Below, piece after piece: positions 18,634-28,743 of a stretch of DNA of 46,290 bases; the first letter of the stretch is position 1; the number at the start of each line of letters is the position of its first letter. The stretch lies in the NCBI GenBank assembly GCA_035297365.1, contig DATGZA010000079.1, positions 1 through 46,290 of the forward strand, given 5' to 3'. The translations under genes were made by a program, and so were the position numbers. Source of the DNA: Nitrososphaeraceae archaeon (GTDB lineage Archaea > Thermoproteota > Nitrososphaeria > Nitrososphaerales > Nitrososphaeraceae). The notes beneath the pieces were generated by a model, which searched no databases, was not told the DNA's origin, and saw only the letters and a program-made list of their open reading frames with translations.

Positions 18634-19782
18634 ATGACCTCTCGTTATTTATTTAGCTCTGAAAGTGTTACAGAGGGGCACCCAGACAAAATATGTGATC
18701 AAGTCTCAGATTCTATATTAGACGCATATCTCTCGCAAGATCCAGATTCAAGGGTTGCAGTGGAATGTTTAACTACTACCGGTACAATTTTTGTCGCAGG
18801 AGAAGTTACCTCTAAAGGAACAGTAGATATTCAAAGAAATGTGAGAGACACGATAAGGGAAATAGGTTATAATAACAGCGATTTAGGTTTCGATTGTAAT
18901 AGCTGTGCAGTGTTGACATCTATACATTCACAAAGTGATGATATTTCTGTTGGTGTGACTGCTACAGCAGAAAAAGAACAAGGAGCTGGAGATCAAGGTC
19001 TTGTGTTTGGATATGCCACAAACGAAACGCCCGAATTAATGCCATTACCCATTCTTATGGCACATAAACTATGTTTCAAGTTGAGTCAAGTCAGAAAATC
19101 AAAGGAGCTTGATTGGGTCAGACCAGATGGCAAATCACAAGTTTCTGTTGTTTATGAGGATTTTGTACCCAAAAGGATTGATACAGTAGTATTATCTACA
19201 CAGCATTCTCCGGATATTTCTCTAAAACAGTTGCGAGAAGAATTAATTGCAAAGGTCATTCAACCAACGTGTGATGATTGGATTGATGATAAAACAAGGT
19301 TTTTCATTAATCCTACTGGCAGATTTGTGTTAGGAGGACCTGCTGCTGACACCGGATTGACTGGCAGAAAAATTATTATTGATACTTACGGCGGAATGGG
19401 AAGACACGGTGGAGGCGCATTTTCAGGAAAAGATCCGTCTAAGGTTGACAGATCAGCGTGTTATATGGCTAGGTATATAGCGAAAAATATAGTAGCTGCC
19501 AATCTTGCCAAAAAATGTGAAGTTCAAATAGCATATGCCATTGGTGTGTCCGAACCAGTTTCTATAATGGTGGATACTTTTAATACTGGAACTATAGATC
19601 ATGAAGAAATTGAAACAAAGATAAGGAAAGTCTTTGATATGAGGCCTTCTAAAATTATTGAAACCCTCTTACTTAAACGACCAATATATAAAAAGACTGC
19701 AGCATATGGTCACTTTGGAAGGAACGAATCAAGCTTTTCTTGGGAAAAAACAGACAGAGTGTATCTACTTGCCAATGAATAA
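18634..19782 (+). CDS. metK: S-adenosylmethionine synthetase, bacterial/eukaryotic type
   Basis: [33 protein letters not shown]. Confidence 0.97.
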   Translation: MTSRYLFSSESVTEGHPDKICDQVSDSILDAYLSQDPDSRVAVECLTTTGTIFVAGEVTSKGTVDIQRNVRDTIREIGYNNSDLGFDCNSCAVLTSIHSQSDDISVGVTATAEKEQGAGDQGLVFGYATNETPELMPLPILMAHKLCFKLSQVRKSKELDWVRPDGKSQVSVVYEDFVPKRIDTVVLSTQHSPDISLKQLREELIAKVIQPTCDDWIDDKTRFFINPTGRFVLGGPAADTGLTGRKIIIDTYGGMGRHGGGAFSGKDPSKVDRSACYMARYIAKNIVAANLAKKCEVQIAYAIGVSEPVSIMVDTFNTGTIDHEEIETKIRKVFDMRPSKIIETLLLKRPIYKKTAAYGHFGRNESSFSWEKTDRVYLLANE

Positions 19783-19902
19783 TAAATTTTAATATGCTAT
19801 GATTCCTGTAGAAAGGAACATATATATATTTTTCAAAAATGATATCTAAAAAGTTTCAGAATACCAACATTTGACATAATCCATTCATTTCTGTAAATAT
19901 TT

Positions 19903-20772
19903 CTAGTCAATTATTTTATCAAGAGAGTCTTGATCATATTTTATATTGTACTTTCTTTCAAAATATCTAGAAATATTTTTTATATCTCTCTCAATAAAAA
20001 ACCTCGCATTTGGGTGGTCTCTTGAAACTGCTTGAGGCCAATCTATTATCCATACTTTGTTTTCGTTGTCAATGATCGTGTTATATTCATTTAAATCACC
20101 GTTAATGATATTTTCATCATAAGCTAATTTTACCTGGATGATAATTTTTTCCAAGATATCCAATGGATCTTCTAATAATACCGTATCTGAAAGCCTTTTT
20201 CCTTCAATTTTGTACATTACAATAGTATGTATAGATCGGTAATATGGAGTAGTTATATTCATTTTGGATTTTTTTAATTTTAACAATATGTCATATTCCT
20301 TTATTGCAGCTTCGATATTGACCAATAACCAGCTATGAAGATTTTTATTCTTCTCAAATGATCTTTTCCTTTTTGTGTCTGTAAAGGAAATTCTACCTAT
20401 TCTAAAAAATTTTATTGCTCTTTTTTGATTTGATCCTGATATTGCTTCTACTACATCAGATTCCTTTCCTATACCAATATTTTCTCCTATTCCAATAATG
20501 ATATTTGAATCTACTAAGATTTTTAGGGCGTATGCATCGAGACCTGAGGATAAAAGCCTATATCCTTTTTCATTTTTCAAAACTAGCTTAGACCTGAGTA
20601 GCTTGTTCAATCCAAATTCTGTCCTGTCTTTATGTAATTTTGAGTAAGAAATTATTTCCCTATTATCCAAGATCTCATGATGTTTTATTGATGATACAAA
20701 TATCTTTAGTATCCTAAATTGATCTGAATCCAGTTGCTTAACTATTCTAGCTGTATTTTTAACTAGTGACAA
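19903..20772 (-). CDS. rio2: RIO2-type serine/threonine kinase
   Basis: N-terminal wHTH ending GYRL...GLD; IGIGKESDV, KFFRIGRISF, GDLNEYN, IIDWPQ. Confidence 0.92.
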   Translation of the reverse strand: MSLVKNTARIVKQLDSDQFRILKIFVSSIKHHEILDNREIISYSKLHKDRTEFGLNKLLRSKLVLKNEKGYRLLSSGLDAYALKILVDSNIIIGIGENIGIGKESDVVEAISGSNQKRAIKFFRIGRISFTDTKRKRSFEKNKNLHSWLLVNIEAAIKEYDILLKLKKSKMNITTPYYRSIHTIVMYKIEGKRLSDTVLLEDPLDILEKIIIQVKLAYDENIINGDLNEYNTIIDNENKVWIIDWPQAVSRDHPNARFFIERDIKNISRYFERKYNIKYDQDSLDKIID

Positions 20773-21182
20773 TTCCTATTCACACATAAAATAATTCTCA
20801 AATATTTTTTAATCATATAATATGTTTTTAATATCTTTCTAATTAGTATAAAATATTTCATTATTAAAATTTTCAATTTCGATTTTGAATTGTTTTTCTT
20901 CTTGCATACATTTACCCAAATATTGTTATAATAATTTTTTTGTTATATTTTAAACTTCTTTCCTATTCAAATAATCTAGAGAAACATACTTTAATGACCC
21001 TGAATCAGTCGAAAAATCTTAAAAACAGTAGTAATTGAATAATATTGTTTATAATTGATATATTTAGCCGTACTAGATATGATATCAAGGAAAAATTTTG
21101 CCCGAAATCATAATACGCTCATCGTCATGAATGAAACACAATTAACTTAAAATTTATTTATGGAATAAGTAAAAAAAAATAA

Positions 21183-22406
21183 ATGAATGAAGATCCTCTT
21201 TTTCCTTCAAAGGATGTTGTAGTAGATAAGGACCTAGTCTTGGCGGAAATAGAAGCCGAACAAGAACTTCCGCAAGAAATAATTGAGAAGAGAAAAAAAG
21301 GGCTATTAAAAACTGGTTATACCACAGGAACTTCAGCTACTGCTGCAACTAAGGCTGCTCTCTTTACATTAATTTATTCAGAAGAGATATTTGAAACAGA
21401 TGTAATCCTGCCAAAAGGAAGAATAGTTAAATTAAAGATTGCATGGACACGAATTGACGAAACGAAAAGATCAGTTACATGTGCAGTGATAAAAGATGGA
21501 GGAGACGACCCAGATGTAACGCATGGTACGGAAATATGTTCTACAGTTTCTTTTAATTCTTATAAAGGAGAAATATCCATTAATGGAGGTGAAGGGGTGG
21601 GTCGAGTTACTAGACCCGGATTAGGATTAGAGTTAGGAAGTGCAGCGATAAATCCAGTTCCCAAAAAAATGCTCGAAACTGCCATCAAAGAAGTTGGTGC
21701 AAAAATACTTCAGGAAAAAGGAATTACTGTAGTTATTTCAGTGCCAAAAGGAGCAGAAATTGCAAAAAAAACTGATAATCCTAGGTTAGGGATAATAGGA
21801 GGAATTTCTATTCTTGGAACTACTGGGATAGTTTTTCCATATTCTACTGCATCTTTTGCAGCATCAATTCGACAGAGTTTAGATGTTGCTATTACCCTGG
21901 GAACCCTTACCGTAGTTTTAACGACCGGTGGACGAAGCGAAGATTTTGCAAAGGGTCTGTTTCAAGATATTCCAGATTATGCATTTGTACAGATGGGGGA
22001 TTTTTCAGGATATACTATAAAACAGTGCACGAAGAGAAGCATAAAAAAAGTAATTATTGCTGGATTTATTGGTAAATTAACAAAAATAGCTATGGGGATA
22101 AAACAGACACATGTTAGAGGTTCACATGTTAGTCTAGATTTTATGGGAAGAATAGCATCAACTTGTACTACATCTGAAAAAATAATTCATGAAATAAAAA
22201 ATGCCAATACAGCTAGACACGTATCTGAAATAATAATGAAAAATAATATTCCTAGATTTTTTGATGTTATTTGTGAAAATGTTTTTAAACAAATGTTTAG
22301 TCATGCCGATAAACAATTGGAGATTATTGTAATAATGTTTGATTTCAATGGGTGTGTTTGTGGATCATATCCACCTAGTATATTTTTTCCAAAAGTAATT
22401 AATTAA
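21183..22406 (+). CDS. cbiD: Cobalt-precorrin-5B C1-methyltransferase
   Basis: GYTTGTSATAA, KDGGDDPDVTHG, AINPVP, NPRLGIIGGISILGTTGIV. Confidence 0.96.
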   Translation: MNEDPLFPSKDVVVDKDLVLAEIEAEQELPQEIIEKRKKGLLKTGYTTGTSATAATKAALFTLIYSEEIFETDVILPKGRIVKLKIAWTRIDETKRSVTCAVIKDGGDDPDVTHGTEICSTVSFNSYKGEISINGGEGVGRVTRPGLGLELGSAAINPVPKKMLETAIKEVGAKILQEKGITVVISVPKGAEIAKKTDNPRLGIIGGISILGTTGIVFPYSTASFAASIRQSLDVAITLGTLTVVLTTGGRSEDFAKGLFQDIPDYAFVQMGDFSGYTIKQCTKRSIKKVIIAGFIGKLTKIAMGIKQTHVRGSHVSLDFMGRIASTCTTSEKIIHEIKNANTARHVSEIIMKNNIPRFFDVICENVFKQMFSHADKQLEIIVIMFDFNGCVCGSYPPSIFFPKVIN

Positions 22407-22598
22407 ATATGATAATAACTGTATATTTAAACCAAAAAATAAACACACGATATCTTATTTTATAGACATTCCTTGCTAAATATCATCCAAAAGAGATAAC
22501 ATCAAACGATAAGAATAGTAGTATATATTTTCGTAATCTAAGATGGAATGGAAAAAGGGTATTTGGAAGATGTACGTATAGATTTTATATTATCTTAA

Positions 22599-23579
22599 TC
22601 AAATAGTTTTAGATATTCTTACTCTTGCAATTCCGTTTAAAATCGATACATAGCTAACTTTGTCTCCTTTAATACTATTAGGTAGATTAAATGTTTGAAA
22701 AATTGAAGGATCTGACGAAGAAAAAATTTTTAGAATTCTATAATTTTGATCATATGTAGCAGATATTTCTGAATTTACTATGGGACCTTTAACTTCTACC
22801 AATATTTCATAAAAGTCATTTCCCTCAAGGATATCCGGTCGGTAATTGCCATTAGAAAAAGTTCTAGTTTCCGACCTTTTTGAAAAGTTGATTGGAGCCC
22901 TAAAACTATGTCCTTGAAAAAAAGAAGGCAACAGGGTTTTAATCAGAAAACTAGTTCCTGCGCCGGCTAGAAAGCCCCCGATATGAGCAAAATATGCTAC
23001 GCCTCCCAATGGATCTATAAAGTTAAAAATCACCTGAAGAATAAACCAAAATGGGATATAAGCTAGAGCAGGAATTCTCACAGTTGTGATGATAAAAGCA
23101 GTTATTATTGTGTAAATTTTAGCTTTAGGAAACAGCACGAGATATGCTCCCAATACCCCAGAAATCGCACCGGATGCACCCACAGAAGGTATTTCGCCCG
23201 ACCCCACAGAGACGGCGAAAAAGCTATGTACCAAACCCGCAACAATACCACATAACAAATAAAAAAAGAAATATTTTACGTGTCCAAATCTATCTTCTAT
23301 ATTGTCACCAAAAATAAATAAGAAAACCATGTTTCCTATAATATGTGCGATACCCCCATGAAGAAACATTGAAGTTACTAAAGAGATAACATCTCCATTT
23401 AAAACAGAATTGGGAACTGCGCCAAAATTCAAGAAAAGTTCTGCTACCTGATAAGAGTTAGAGAAAAAGTGGGTCGCTATCACTTCCCAGATAAAAATAA
23501 TTATGTTTATAGCAATCAGTATATAATTTACAAATGGTTTACCATGAAGACGTTGATTATCGTCATGAATAGGAAACAT
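22599..23579 (-). CDS. Rhomboid intramembrane serine protease with extra C-terminal soluble domain
   Basis: SMFLHGG..HI.GNM, catalytic GASG and AHIGG; about 80-aa beta-rich tail. Confidence 0.93.
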   Translation of the reverse strand: MFPIHDDNQRLHGKPFVNYILIAINIIIFIWEVIATHFFSNSYQVAELFLNFGAVPNSVLNGDVISLVTSMFLHGGIAHIIGNMVFLFIFGDNIEDRFGHVKYFFFYLLCGIVAGLVHSFFAVSVGSGEIPSVGASGAISGVLGAYLVLFPKAKIYTIITAFIITTVRIPALAYIPFWFILQVIFNFIDPLGGVAYFAHIGGFLAGAGTSFLIKTLLPSFFQGHSFRAPINFSKRSETRTFSNGNYRPDILEGNDFYEILVEVKGPIVNSEISATYDQNYRILKIFSSSDPSIFQTFNLPNSIKGDKVSYVSILNGIARVRISKTI

Positions 23580-23604
23580 CTATTAATTAATCACTACTTT
23601 TCTT

Positions 23605-23787
23605 TCAAACTTGGAAAGGATTACTGCTCGGCATGAAATCATCCTTTCCTCCATGAGCCTTTTTATTGTGTCTAGAAAGATGTTCTTTATCCTGAAAGAA
23701 AATATTACATTGTTTACACTTGAATTTATCATTAGATTTTATAGATTTATCTTCCTTTTTTCTACGTAAGAAATTAGATAACCCCAT
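23605..23787 (-). CDS. Small C2H2 zinc-finger protein
   Basis: FKCKQCNIFFQDKEHLSRHNKKAH fits the canonical C2H2 spacing. Confidence 0.85.
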   Translation of the reverse strand: MGLSNFLRRKKEDKSIKSNDKFKCKQCNIFFQDKEHLSRHNKKAHGGKDDFMPSSNPFQV

Positions 23788-23876
23788 ACCATTATTAAGA
23801 AAATAAACTATTTTTAAATTATTCCAATACCTGAGTTAGAATAGATAAATAAATAAAAAGTTATTAATGATTACTA

Positions 23877-24107
23877 TTACTCCATTACAATCATTGTTAA
23901 AGTAGACTTTACTCCTGTCAATTTCCTTAATTTCCATGTTATTATCTCTTTCACTTTATCCATAGTATCGGATTCTACTTTTGCTATAATATCATAAACT
24001 CCATATACTTGAAAAACTTCTTTTACACCTTCAAGACTTTTTAAATCCCGTACTATAGAATCTTCACTGCCTAACTCAGTATTTAGTAGAACAAAGGCAC
24101 TTGGCAT
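23877..24107 (-). CDS. Stand-alone Lrp/AsnC ligand-binding (RAM) domain protein
   Basis: MPSAFVLLN..VYGVYDIIAKV..GVKSTLTMIV; start set to the ATG at 24107. Confidence 0.9.
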   Translation of the reverse strand: MPSAFVLLNTELGSEDSIVRDLKSLEGVKEVFQVYGVYDIIAKVESDTMDKVKEIITWKLRKLTGVKSTLTMIVME

Positions 24108-24155
24108 ATTAGTTCTTACTAAAATGATATATAAAAACATGATGAAATCGAAGGA

Positions 24156-24962
24156 TTATGTTTCTAACAATTTTTTCTCATCAAAAGGACCTGCTATTTC
24201 CCATTGGTAATTGAAAAAATCTTCACACCATTCATGGAAATCACTGTCTTTACTATAAAACATGATATTCAGATCCGGTTCTCCCTTTAGCGTCGGAAAT
24301 AATAAACATGCTTCTTTTTCGTTAAAAATTGTCATTATTCTCACCTTAGCAAGCATCTTTCTTTCGACCAATCCTTTTGAAATCATATTATGCCAACCTA
24401 TTTTTTCAAGAATTTCAGTCCTTCCTTGGGGTATTACAGTATCTTTTGAAAGGATATATGAGAATTTGATTCCTGTTCGAATCTTATTGCTTACAGGTTC
24501 AATTAAATCAAGTGGAACTTGAGACATTATTTCTTTTATGTAAACTTCAGAATTAGAATACAATTTCTTCCAGTGCTGCAAATTTGCCATTACTCCAAAT
24601 ACAATTTCACATTTTTTTAATGATCCTATTCTTTGAATGAATTTTAACGGCAACTCTTCGATTGAATGTTCCAAGAAATACTGTTTATTTGCTGAAAGAA
24701 ATTCATATGCAGGTAAAATATATACGATAGATTTTCCATATGAAGTCAAACAGAGATCACCTTCACCATCTTTGAATACCAATCCAGAATCAATTAGCCT
24801 GGTAACATTTCGATGAGCTTCTTGCATAGTAGCATTCAATTCATTAGCAAGCTGTGACAATCTGTATTTATTTTTCGAAAGCTTCAGAATCATCGAAAGT
24901 CTTAAATCGCCAGCTAGCTCAAAAAATAAAGATTCTGTATTTTCTGGAAAATTGTCACCCAT
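24156..24962 (-). CDS. Winged-helix transcriptional regulator (ArsR-like HTH plus DUF1724-like C-terminal domain)
   Basis: LFFELAGDLRLSM..QEAHRNV.RL..SGL..LTSYG; C-terminal FHEWCEDFFNYQW. Confidence 0.8.
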   Translation of the reverse strand: MGDNFPENTESLFFELAGDLRLSMILKLSKNKYRLSQLANELNATMQEAHRNVTRLIDSGLVFKDGEGDLCLTSYGKSIVYILPAYEFLSANKQYFLEHSIEELPLKFIQRIGSLKKCEIVFGVMANLQHWKKLYSNSEVYIKEIMSQVPLDLIEPVSNKIRTGIKFSYILSKDTVIPQGRTEILEKIGWHNMISKGLVERKMLAKVRIMTIFNEKEACLLFPTLKGEPDLNIMFYSKDSDFHEWCEDFFNYQWEIAGPFDEKKLLET

Positions 24963-25053
24963 ATTAAATGCAGTACAATATAATTTGTTTCAAAGATTTA
25001 AACTTGAATGATTTTAGCTCAAATGAAAAAATTAATAGATAAAATAAATAGGA

Positions 25054-26370
25054 TTATGGACTAATCCTAGACATCGTCCTTGGAAAAGGAACAGTATCCT
25101 TGATATCCTGGACATTGAGTATCCATCTAATCAACCGTTCTATACCAATTCCAAATCCACCATGCGGGATTGAACCATATCGTCTCAAATCCAAATACCA
25201 CTCATAATCAATAGAATCCAATCCTTCAGAATGTATTTGTTCAATTAATTTTTCGAGATTATCTTCTCGTATTCCACCACTAGATATTTCTCCGAATCCG
25301 TAGGGGGCCAATAGATCGATGGCAAGTCCCACACCAGTAGTTGTAGGATCTTCTTTCACATAGAAAGGTTTGATTTTTAAAGGATAATGTGTTATAAAAA
25401 TTGGAGTAACAGAATCTTCCGTAAGGATTCTTTCTGATTCGATATTAAGATCATCACCAAATTCTATCATTCTGGAAACATCATTATCTATAATATGATA
25501 ATCCTTTTTTTGTAATGATTCGATGGCTTTTCCATAAGTCATTTTCTTGAAAGGTATACATATTTTTTCCAGTGAGGATATATCTCTTTTCAAGAAATCG
25601 AATTCATGTCTTCTGGCCTTAATTGTATTCTCTATAATAAATGAGACAAGCTTTTCTTGAATTTTCATTAAATCCTCTAATGTAACCCATGGAGCTTCTG
25701 CCTCCAAATGCAGAAATTCGGCTAGATGCCTAACAGTTCTAGATCTTTCTGCTCTAAAAGAAGGAGTTAGTGACCAAATAGGTCCCAATGAAAAAATCAT
25801 TGCCTCAAGGTATAATTGAGCACTTTGAGAAAGAAATGCATAATCATCAAAATATTTTAATTTAAAAAGAGTAGATCCTCCTTCCACTGATCCCTTAACC
25901 AAGACAGGCGCACTTACTTCATACCAATCATTATGAAAAAACCAGTCTCGAGCATATCGTAGAATCGAAGAACGAACTTTCGAGATCATTATCATTTTTC
26001 TTGTCCTAATTGCGAGATGTCTATATTCTAAAAGCAGATCAGGGCTAGTATATTCACCCAGAGGATAGTCTGGTTTAGAAAGGTTATACACATAAATTGT
26101 AGTTCCCTTAATTTCGTATCCTCCCTCTGGGGCTCTAGTATCTTTGTGCACGATTCCCTTGATCTCTATTGAAGATTCAATTGTTAAATTATTAGTCTTG
26201 GATGAAGGAAAGATGCTTTGAATTACTCCCCCTCTGTCATCACGTAATAACAAAAAAGAATTTTCTTTCTGTTTTCTAATTCTATGAATCCACCCTCTAA
26301 GAGAAACTTCCTTTCCCAGATAATAATCACTTTTAACATCAGATGTTCGCAGATACAATTCAATAAACAA
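25054..26370 (-). CDS. asnS: Asparagine--tRNA ligase (class IIb)
   Basis: OB-fold LRGWIHRIR; LSQSAQLYLE; FRAERSRTVRHLAEF; WYLDLRRYGSIPHGGFGIGIERL. Confidence 0.85.
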   Translation of the reverse strand: MFIELYLRTSDVKSDYYLGKEVSLRGWIHRIRKQKENSFLLLRDDRGGVIQSIFPSSKTNNLTIESSIEIKGIVHKDTRAPEGGYEIKGTTIYVYNLSKPDYPLGEYTSPDLLLEYRHLAIRTRKMIMISKVRSSILRYARDWFFHNDWYEVSAPVLVKGSVEGGSTLFKLKYFDDYAFLSQSAQLYLEAMIFSLGPIWSLTPSFRAERSRTVRHLAEFLHLEAEAPWVTLEDLMKIQEKLVSFIIENTIKARRHEFDFLKRDISSLEKICIPFKKMTYGKAIESLQKKDYHIIDNDVSRMIEFGDDLNIESERILTEDSVTPIFITHYPLKIKPFYVKEDPTTTGVGLAIDLLAPYGFGEISSGGIREDNLEKLIEQIHSEGLDSIDYEWYLDLRRYGSIPHGGFGIGIERLIRWILNVQDIKDTVPFPRTMSRISP

Positions 26371-26661
26371 TAATTTTATTTATTTTAAATTTATTTTCTT
26401 TTTTTTATCTTTTTTTTATTTCAATTTGCGTAAAAAAAATAATATCTCATTAACCATACCTTAGAGTATTTTGAAACAAGACAACAAAAAATGTAGCAAA
26501 TCATTTCCGGTAGCAAAACTAACAAATAGTCGGATATATGTATTTGAGGAAAAATAAATTTTCTTCAGAACAATTAAATTAAAATTACAAGAATATTATA
26601 AATAGAGTAATTTTTTATATATCTATAAAACATACAATCAAAAGAATAGGTAAAATAAATA

Positions 26662-27165
26662 ATGACCAAAATAGGGAATGCATATAGATGGCTACATGGA
26701 AATATTTTACGAAGACCGATTAACTTTAGTTGGGTCGTAGATAAGAGGTTAGCAGGATGCGGATTGCCTACAACTAGAGAAGAGTGTGATTGGTTAGTAA
26801 ACATAATGGGAATAAAAAGTATAATAACTGTTAGGGAAGAACCTCTTCCAAAAAGTTGGATTACGAAGTATAAAATAGAATATCTTCATCTCAAGGTTGA
26901 TGATTTTAGTTCTCCAAGCATAGAAGAATTAGATAACACAGTAGATTATATGATAGATAAAATTGATCAAGACGAATCCATATTAGTACATTGTTTGGCT
27001 GGGAAGGGAAGGACAGGAACCGTATTAGCTGGATATCTAATAAAGAACGATAAGATCAATGCACAGAGGGCAATAGAAAAAGTTAGGATATTACGTCCCG
27101 GATCTATCCAGACAGACCAACAGGAAAACACATTGTATCATTACGAGAATTTCATCAAACAGTAA
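26662..27165 (+). CDS. Dual-specificity (Cys-based) protein phosphatase
   Basis: VHCLAGKGRTG P-loop; NFSWV; RILRPGSIQT. Confidence 0.93.
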   Translation: MTKIGNAYRWLHGNILRRPINFSWVVDKRLAGCGLPTTREECDWLVNIMGIKSIITVREEPLPKSWITKYKIEYLHLKVDDFSSPSIEELDNTVDYMIDKIDQDESILVHCLAGKGRTGTVLAGYLIKNDKINAQRAIEKVRILRPGSIQTDQQENTLYHYENFIKQ

Positions 27166-27169
27166 GACA

Positions 27170-27316
27170 TCATTCAGGTAAAGATTCCGAAACTATTTTT
27201 CCATTTTCATTCTTAATAAAAAGATATCTATTATCTTTGAAAATGAATGTCAATTCATCACTTTTTATCTCGATATCCAAAAGTTCCTGTCCTTTTATTC
27301 CATCAAATTTAGCCAT
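27170..27316 (-). CDS. Unannotated 48-aa hypothetical protein
   Basis: Translated by hand: MAKFDGIKGQELLDIEIKSDELTFIFKDNRYLFIKNENGKIVSESLPE; protein-like composition; stop lies 4 nt from the convergent phosphatase stop. Confidence 0.7.
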   Translation of the reverse strand: MAKFDGIKGQELLDIEIKSDELTFIFKDNRYLFIKNENGKIVSESLPE

Positions 27317-27425
27317 CACTACCAAATATTTCTTACATTTTTATAAATTTAGCTTAAAAGATGATACGGCTAGAGTCAAAAATATTAATATTTTATTTGT
27401 TTAATTGTTATGAAAGTTTGGTTAT

Positions 27426-27944
27426 TTAAGGGATTATTTCAATTTGCTCTTGGTTTGATCTTCCTTCTAGTTTTAGTGCTCCAGTAAAATTATGTTTTCC
27501 CCAGGATACTCGGACATCTGCATGAAAATTGTATATTCCCTGATTCAAATCAGATATCCTAAATTCTATTATCTTGTTTACATCAAATAATAAAGATCTA
27601 GATTCTTGTTCTGATAATGGATAGAATGGAGAGTCATCTTTGACAATTGACACCCAAATTCTATGCTGAATTTTGGGATTCCTTGCCCAGAAAAAAATCG
27701 CTTTACGTAAGAATTTGACTGAATGAATTGTCTTCTTTCCTACTTTAATATCTGCATCTATCATTATTCGGAAAGTGTTATCAAATTTATTATATGCTTT
27801 TTCCCAAGTTGATTGATTAAATAAATCACGAATACCGCCATTTATCTTAAAACTCAGGTTTAGTGAAATTGGTTCATTAATTGAAATTTTGTTCTTTGTT
27901 TTAGTTAGTATTATATTTTCTAATCTGTCATTATTTTGCGCCAA
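27426..27944 (-). CDS. Hypothetical protein
   Basis: 172-aa ORF divergent from rpoL; no recognisable motif. Confidence 0.7.
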   Translation of the reverse strand: MAQNNDRLENIILTKTKNKISINEPISLNLSFKINGGIRDLFNQSTWEKAYNKFDNTFRIMIDADIKVGKKTIHSVKFLRKAIFFWARNPKIQHRIWVSIVKDDSPFYPLSEQESRSLLFDVNKIIEFRISDLNQGIYNFHADVRVSWGKHNFTGALKLEGRSNQEQIEIIP

Positions 27945-27998
27945 TTATTAAATACTATTTGGTATGATTTATATCCTAAATAAGTACTTCACTTTTTA

Positions 27999-28286
27999 AT
28001 GCAGGCAGAGATATCAAATTTAACCGATAGAGAAATTGAACTAAAATTAAAAGATGAAGATATTTCAATATTATATATTATTCAACATCATATTCTTAAT
28101 GAAAAAGGAGTAGAATTTGCTGGAGTTATAGTTAAACATCCTTTAATAAAGGAATTTTTGTTAAGGATAACATCTAAAGATAACCCCATGAAAATTTTGG
28201 AAAAATCGATACAAACGGCAAACGACTTTGCAAAGAATTTTTCTGATTCAGTTGAATCAATTTTCAAGCAGGCGAAAATAACATGA
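27999..28286 (+). CDS. rpoL: RNA polymerase subunit L (Rpo11)
   Basis: LKLKDED..GVEFAGV..KHPL..LRI; coupled to TFS. Confidence 0.88.
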   Translation: MQAEISNLTDREIELKLKDEDISILYIIQHHILNEKGVEFAGVIVKHPLIKEFLLRITSKDNPMKILEKSIQTANDFAKNFSDSVESIFKQAKIT

Positions 28287-28627
28287 AATTTTGTCCTAAC
28301 TGTGAAACAAGAATGAGATTGAAGTTTGACGAAAATCAGGTTATTTGTCCAAAATGTGATTTCAGAGTAGACGGCAATATCAACGGCATTAACCTAAATA
28401 CAAGCTCAGTCACTGGAAATACCGCCACAATTCAGGAAGGAAACGCATTAAGAATAATGGATGGGGAAAATAACGGTGAAATTTTACCAACGATCAACAT
28501 TGATTGTCCTAAATGTAACAATAATTTAGCCGTTTGGTGGATGCTGCAAACTAGATCTGCAGATGAGGCAACAACCCAATTCTACAGATGTTCTAAATGT
28601 AACCACACATGGAGAAATTACTCATAA
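28283..28627 (+). CDS. tfs: Transcription factor S (TFS)
   Basis: MKFCPNC..CPKC and CPKC..QTRSADE..FYRCSKC. Confidence 0.95.
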   Translation: MKFCPNCETRMRLKFDENQVICPKCDFRVDGNINGINLNTSSVTGNTATIQEGNALRIMDGENNGEILPTINIDCPKCNNNLAVWWMLQTRSADEATTQFYRCSKCNHTWRNYS

Positions 28628-28743
28628 AGTTAAAAACTTACTAGGTTTTTTCAAAAATGATTGACAAAACAGAAATAATTTTTTATTTTTTAGCAATAGG
28701 AAGATTTAAAGTTCTCAAAATATAGCCAAAACATAGATTTAGT

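Noticed and set aside
18634-19782. Bacterial-type MetK as a recent horizontal transfer
   Set aside because: This type is an established feature of thaumarchaeal genomes and the composition matches its neighbours
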